The notes beneath the pieces were generated by a model that did no database searches, was not told the DNA's origin, and was given only the letters and a program-made list of their open reading frames with translations. 64,000 bases of DNA from Candidatus Argoarchaeum ethanivorans (GTDB lineage Archaea > Halobacteriota > Methanosarcinia > Methanosarcinales > EX4572-44), in assembly GCA_905067555.1 (NCBI GenBank), contig CAJHIS010000002.1, forward strand, positions 3,900 through 67,899. The letters are read 5' to 3'. Shown here one piece after another: positions 59,418 through 64,000 of the stretch. Made by a program: the position numbers and the translations under genes. How positions within the stretch are numbered: the stretch's first letter is position 1; each line of letters opens with the position of its first letter.

Positions 59418-59489
59418 GCCAAGGTGGCGGAGTGGCTACGCTATCGCCTGCAGAGCGATCACATTCCGGTTCGAATCCGGACCTTGGCT
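59418..59489 (+). tRNA. tRNA-Cys(GCA)
   Basis: GCCAAGGTGGCGGAGTGGCTACGCTATCGCCTGCAGAGCGATCACATTCCGGTTCGAATCCGGACCTTGGCT with anticodon loop CTGCAGA and discriminator U. Confidence 0.9.
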
Positions 59490-59524
59490 TTCACTTAAAG
59501 ATTTTTATTTAATTTGGATAGTTA

Positions 59525-61612
59525 ATGTCTGCACATTCATCACCACAGAAGTGGAAAGAATTCTTAAAGTCATCCTACAAAGATGAAATTACCAATCTTG
59601 CTGAAGAGTATCCTGATGTTAGAAGTCTTAGTATATCTTTTTTTGACATAGAACAGTTCGATCCGGAACTGGCAGATGAACTTCTAAACTTCCCGGATGA
59701 GGTGCTAAGAGACGCCAAACAAGCACTACTTGATATTGGTGATACGAAAGGAGTTGATTTTTCAAAAGCTCACCTGCGAGTAAGAGATCTTGCATCACAC
59801 GTTCGGATACGCAGCATTCGAAGTAATCATATCGGAAAACTGATTGCGGTTGAAGGGTTGATTCGAAAAGCTACTGAGGTACGCCCAAAGATCACCCGTG
59901 CAGTATTCCACTGCCCTTATGAACACGAGACAGTGGTTATGCAGGGTGAGAAATTCGTAGAGCCTTATGAATGTGATGATGCCAACTGCTCCCGAAAAAA
60001 AGGACCTTTTATTCTCTCGAAAGAAAAATCCACTTTTCTGGATGCACAAAAGATTCGCATACAGGAATCACCGGAAGGTCTTAGAGGTGGTGAGCAGCCG
60101 CAGACACTCGACGTTCTTGTAGTTGATGACCTTGCTGGAATAACTGCTCCCGGGGATCGCATAATTATTACAGGGGTGCTTCGCTCTTACCAGCGCGTAA
60201 ATTACAACACCAAAACCACATTCTTTGACATAGTGCTTGATGGCTTATCCATCGATGTGGAAGACAAGGAATTCGAGGATATCGTACTATCATCTGAAGA
60301 CATTGAAATGATAAAAACTCTTGCCGCTGACACCGGGATTTATGAGAAAATGATACGAAGCATAGCTCCGAGCATCTATGGCTACAGTGAAGTAAAAGAA
60401 GCAATATCCCTTCAACTGATGAGCGGTGTATCCAAGAAACTTCCGGACGGCTCACGGATCAGAGGTGATATTCATATACTGCTTATCGGAGACCCTGGCA
60501 TTGCAAAATCACAGCTTCTACGATACACTGTCAAAATTGCACCCCGTGGTATTTATACAAGCGGTAAAAGCTCAACATCGGCAGGGCTTACAGCCGCAGC
60601 AGTAAAGGATGAATTCGGAGATGGACGATGGACTCTTGAAGCCGGTGCATTAGTACTTGCAGATAAAGGAATTGCAGGTGTTGATGAAATGGATAAAATG
60701 AAGCCTGATGATCGTGCATCACTGCATGAAGCAATGGAACAACAAACCATAAGCATAGCAAAGGCAGGAATAATGGCGACCTTGCAATCCCGCTGCTCGC
60801 TGCTTGGTGCTGCAAACCCGAAATATGGACGCTTTGACCAGTATGACAACATCGCCAAACAAATAAACATGCCGCCAACACTTCTGTCGCGATTCGACCT
60901 GATATTTATTCTTACGGATAAGCCAACGATAGAACGAGACACGCAAATATCCAATCATATTTTAAAAGCACATTACGCGGGTGAACTTAGCATGCAGAAA
61001 GAACACGTCCCAAACTCAGGCATAACCAGTAAGCAGATAGAACATGCAATGAAAGTAATACAGCCAGAAATAGAGCCTGAACTGATGCGAAAATATATTG
61101 CCTACGCCAAACGCAACATTTATCCTCTTATGAGCGATGATGCCAGGGAAAAAATCATCAACTTCTATCTTGGACTCAGGAAACAGGGGGAAGACCCCAA
61201 TTCACCAGTTCCGGTTACTGCAAGGCAGCTTGAAGCTTTAGTAAGACTTGCAGAGTCGAGTGCACGTATCCGCCTGAGCAATGAAGTAAATGTAGATGAC
61301 ATAGAACGAGTGATACGCATAGTAACCACAAGCCTTGAGCAGGTGATGACAGACCCGGAGACTGGTATGCTTGATGCCGACATTATTTCTGTTGGTACAA
61401 GCAAAAGCCAGAGAGACAAAATACACATACTTAGAGATATAATAAGAGAGCTTCAGCATGCACATGATGGTGTAGCACCCCGTGAAGATGTGATAGAGCA
61501 TGCAGAAGAACAAGGTATTAATAGAGACAAGGTGGAAGACATACTATCAAAACTTAAGAACTCGGGAGAAATATACGAGCCTAAAAATGGATACGTTAAA
61601 ATATCGCAATAA
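59525..61612 (+). CDS. mcm: MCM replicative helicase
   Basis: 695 aa with Walker A GDPGIAKS, Walker B DEMDKM, the arginine finger SRFDL and a zinc motif in the N-terminal domain. Confidence 0.93.
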   Translation: MSAHSSPQKWKEFLKSSYKDEITNLAEEYPDVRSLSISFFDIEQFDPELADELLNFPDEVLRDAKQALLDIGDTKGVDFSKAHLRVRDLASHVRIRSIRSNHIGKLIAVEGLIRKATEVRPKITRAVFHCPYEHETVVMQGEKFVEPYECDDANCSRKKGPFILSKEKSTFLDAQKIRIQESPEGLRGGEQPQTLDVLVVDDLAGITAPGDRIIITGVLRSYQRVNYNTKTTFFDIVLDGLSIDVEDKEFEDIVLSSEDIEMIKTLAADTGIYEKMIRSIAPSIYGYSEVKEAISLQLMSGVSKKLPDGSRIRGDIHILLIGDPGIAKSQLLRYTVKIAPRGIYTSGKSSTSAGLTAAAVKDEFGDGRWTLEAGALVLADKGIAGVDEMDKMKPDDRASLHEAMEQQTISIAKAGIMATLQSRCSLLGAANPKYGRFDQYDNIAKQINMPPTLLSRFDLIFILTDKPTIERDTQISNHILKAHYAGELSMQKEHVPNSGITSKQIEHAMKVIQPEIEPELMRKYIAYAKRNIYPLMSDDAREKIINFYLGLRKQGEDPNSPVPVTARQLEALVRLAESSARIRLSNEVNVDDIERVIRIVTTSLEQVMTDPETGMLDADIISVGTSKSQRDKIHILRDIIRELQHAHDGVAPREDVIEHAEEQGINRDKVEDILSKLKNSGEIYEPKNGYVKISQ

Positions 61613-62234
61613 AGAAGGGTTATTCTTGTTTGAAATACCAGATAAAAAACAGCTCATTGATATAGCAGTAACCAAACACAGAAACCTGGTAGACCAGTAC
61701 ACCAGTGAATGTGAAGACATGAAAAGCAGTGAGATTTTATTGACAGAACAGATAAAGAAAGAAAAAGAAGAGCTTGCGGCACGCAGTAATCGAAAAGAAG
61801 TGTTGGAAGAGAAGAGAAAACTTTTGTGCTACCAGGCAGAAAAAATGCTGCAGCAACTGTTTGACATACTGCCAACAACAGAAAATACCGGGGCCGGTCA
61901 ATTGAAACAGATGCACAAAACACTCATCCAGAAAGGAATTGAGCTTGATAAAATAAAAAATTTACAAAAAGAGAGAGCACTGGTAGATGAAATAAAAACC
62001 GTGCTTGAAACAATACCACAAAATAATGAAGTGAGCAAAATAATTGCCTTAATAAACAAAAAATTTGAAGGCGTAGTTACTTCCCAGACAGAACTGCAAA
62101 CAATCTCCAACATCAAAGAACAAAAGACAGTCGATGAAACACAAATAAAGGACATCAGTGAAAAGATACTGTGGCTTAATGAACGAGTAAACGAACATGA
62201 ACAGGCATTATCTCACTGGCAGGGGGAGTTATAA
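61587..62234 (+). CDS. Coiled-coil protein (COG1340-like)
   Basis: About 215 aa and heptad-rich. I took the start at ATG 61587, which overlaps the mcm 3' end by 26 nt. The track ORF start at 61500 is deeper inside mcm. Confidence 0.55.
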   Translation: MDTLKYRNKEGLFLFEIPDKKQLIDIAVTKHRNLVDQYTSECEDMKSSEILLTEQIKKEKEELAARSNRKEVLEEKRKLLCYQAEKMLQQLFDILPTTENTGAGQLKQMHKTLIQKGIELDKIKNLQKERALVDEIKTVLETIPQNNEVSKIIALINKKFEGVVTSQTELQTISNIKEQKTVDETQIKDISEKILWLNERVNEHEQALSHWQGEL

Positions 62235-63145
62235 TGAATGAAATACTGAGCGAGGGAAAGCTTAGAAGTAAAGTAAATTATCTCAGGCAAGAGCTTGGCC
62301 AGAAAGACAGGGAGCTTAAAAAAATCTTCAGAGACCTTGCCCTGCACAAAAACAATTCAACAGAGCTAAAAGAACAGCGAGACTTACTAAACCAGCAGGT
62401 CAAGCAACTTGCCGGACTGGCAGCAATGTTGAGAGGAAATAGAGATGTGTCAAACAAGCAAATAGCTGTTATTAAACGACGGAGAGAACTGCTTAAAAAA
62501 CCTGCCAACGAACAAAAAAAGATATTGGATGGGTTAAGAGATGAACGAGATAAACTGAATAATATATCTAAAGGAAAATATGAAACACTTGTAAGGTTCT
62601 ATTCTGAAGATCTGACAACATTTAAAACATCAGATATACCTTTAAAGCAGGAAATTGATGTATTCAACAGATTAATAGCGCTTGGGGTTCGCATAACTGT
62701 TGCAGAGCAGGCAAACCGGAAGCACCAGCAATTACAGAAGAAACATAATAGTCTCAAAAAAGTGTATCAGGAACTTGATATTATTCATCAACGAATACAA
62801 AACCTTGCAGATGAATCGCAAAACTACCATGAACAATTGATAAGCACGTATCAAAAAATCGATACCTTGCGAAAAGAATCAGACGAATACCACAAAAAAC
62901 TCATTGAAGTCTATGCGGTTGTAGACCCTTTTAGAAATCGAATAGATCCACTTAAAAGAAACATAGAACAGCAGCGCAAAGAACTTGACGTGTATCTTGA
63001 ACAGTTAAAAGACGTGCAGCTTAAAAAGGACGAGGTTAAAGAGGAGAAAAAGCACCTCCAGGCAAAAACACGTTACCAAGAAACTGGAAAAATGAGTATA
63101 GAAGACCTGCGCATTTTAATGGATCACAAAGAGCTTAAACTATAA
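62234..63145 (+). CDS. Archaeal coiled-coil protein (COG1340-type)
   Basis: 303 aa of long charged heptad repeats. TAATG overlap with the upstream coiled-coil gene. Confidence 0.65.
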   Translation: MNEILSEGKLRSKVNYLRQELGQKDRELKKIFRDLALHKNNSTELKEQRDLLNQQVKQLAGLAAMLRGNRDVSNKQIAVIKRRRELLKKPANEQKKILDGLRDERDKLNNISKGKYETLVRFYSEDLTTFKTSDIPLKQEIDVFNRLIALGVRITVAEQANRKHQQLQKKHNSLKKVYQELDIIHQRIQNLADESQNYHEQLISTYQKIDTLRKESDEYHKKLIEVYAVVDPFRNRIDPLKRNIEQQRKELDVYLEQLKDVQLKKDEVKEEKKHLQAKTRYQETGKMSIEDLRILMDHKELKL

Positions 63146-63224
63146 CTCTCATTTTTTTTGACACATTTGTTTTAATAATTTTAATAAATTGTATAATATA
63201 TTATATTGTGTAGTATATTATTTT

Positions 63225-63263
63225 TATAGTGTTTATTTATAGTGTTTATTTATAGTGTTTATT
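63225..63263. repeat. 13-bp tandem repeat (tatagtgtttatt x3) flanked by a ~35-bp direct repeat
   Basis: Read directly from the sequence. The flanking copies tttgttttaataattttaat(a/g)aatt... lie at 63166 and 63263. Confidence 0.85.
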
Positions 63264-64000
63264 TTGTTTTAATAATTTTAATGAATTATACAGCATATTA
63301 TTCTTGAGTGATTAAATTTGCCTATATTTATAATATATTATTGCATCATCAATTGATTGGGTGTAAGGTAGTATATTAGACTTGTTCGTATACCTTAACT
63401 TAAGTAAAATATATAATAAGTTTGTAAGCAAAAAATTACAGGCTATATGGAATAGAACAGTTTCAGTTTGATGAATAATTTTAACTGTTGTTCTCCACAC
63501 CTCTTTGCCTGTTGAATGGTGATGTTGTCTGCTGATTAGTATGTATTCTTATAGTCATTGTAATAAATTTGTTTGCTGAGAACCTGTTATTTGGCTAAAA
63601 ATAACAGAATAATATTTTTAATAATGTTCATTCATGTATACTATGTAATAATTATTGAAAGATTGGCTATATTAGCTATATGTGGCTATTTATAACTGAA
63701 AGTAATAAAATAAAAACAAATTATTACTAAATAATGTTGCAGAAAATACTGGGAAATTGAGACTGAATATAATACAAAATATTAATTTTATAACATATAA
63801 CTATTTAAATTTTTAATATTATAAATTTCATATTAAATATATAATCTTAAAATATTTATTCTGTATTGAAGTAAAATCTGAGAGTTTGACATTTAGCTTT
63901 GAGTCTTGTATGATCTCCGAACAATATATCTATATGAGATAGCTCAATCCAAGGTAACTAACAAATAATGATTTACCAAGAACTGCATCATTTTTCAGGA

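Overview
This window looks like a chromosomal segment of a Methanosarcinales-type euryarchaeon, judged from gene content: ablAB osmolyte genes, G1P dehydrogenase, PurP, archaeal CobT, a possible MfnE, and PGF-CTERM and dockerin signals. It is dense in housekeeping genes and carries an unusual concentration of DNA-replication genes: RFC small subunit, two RPA loci, Orc1/Cdc6, PriS, GINS, RNase HII, MCM and ExoVII. I annotate about 60 CDS. There are four clear tRNAs: Ser-CGA with a 22-nt D-loop insertion, Val-UAC, Ser-UGA and Cys-GCA. A fifth, tRNA-Arg(GCG)-like gene is non-canonical. I found no rRNA, CRISPR array or transposase.

The points most worth a second look are:
1. An AT-rich three-gene island at 18.3-21.2 kb. 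It encodes an unknown 364-aa protein, a new PD-(D/E)xK protein and an orphan nuclease fragment, and is a candidate uncharacterised defence or restriction-like module.
2. A dispersed family of stacked palindromic hairpin repeats (TGCACAAC-TTC-GTTGTGCA, CTCGATTGC..GCAATCGAG, CTCGACTAC..GTAGTCGAG) in at least 11 places. Some copies form larger composite elements with a TATA-like box and an oligo-T end, which may be sRNA genes or MITE-like elements. Some form tandem arrays, and some reach into CDS 3' ends.
3. A candidate oriC directly upstream of orc1/cdc6.
4. A CDC48 with a coiled-coil insertion of about 195 aa.
5. An RPA with a recently duplicated OB fold.
6. An AT-rich, repeat-laden non-coding region of about 850 bp at the right edge.

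Several apparent frameshifts sit on homopolymers, so assembly error must be considered. All calls come from reading the sequence and ORF translations; no database searches were run.
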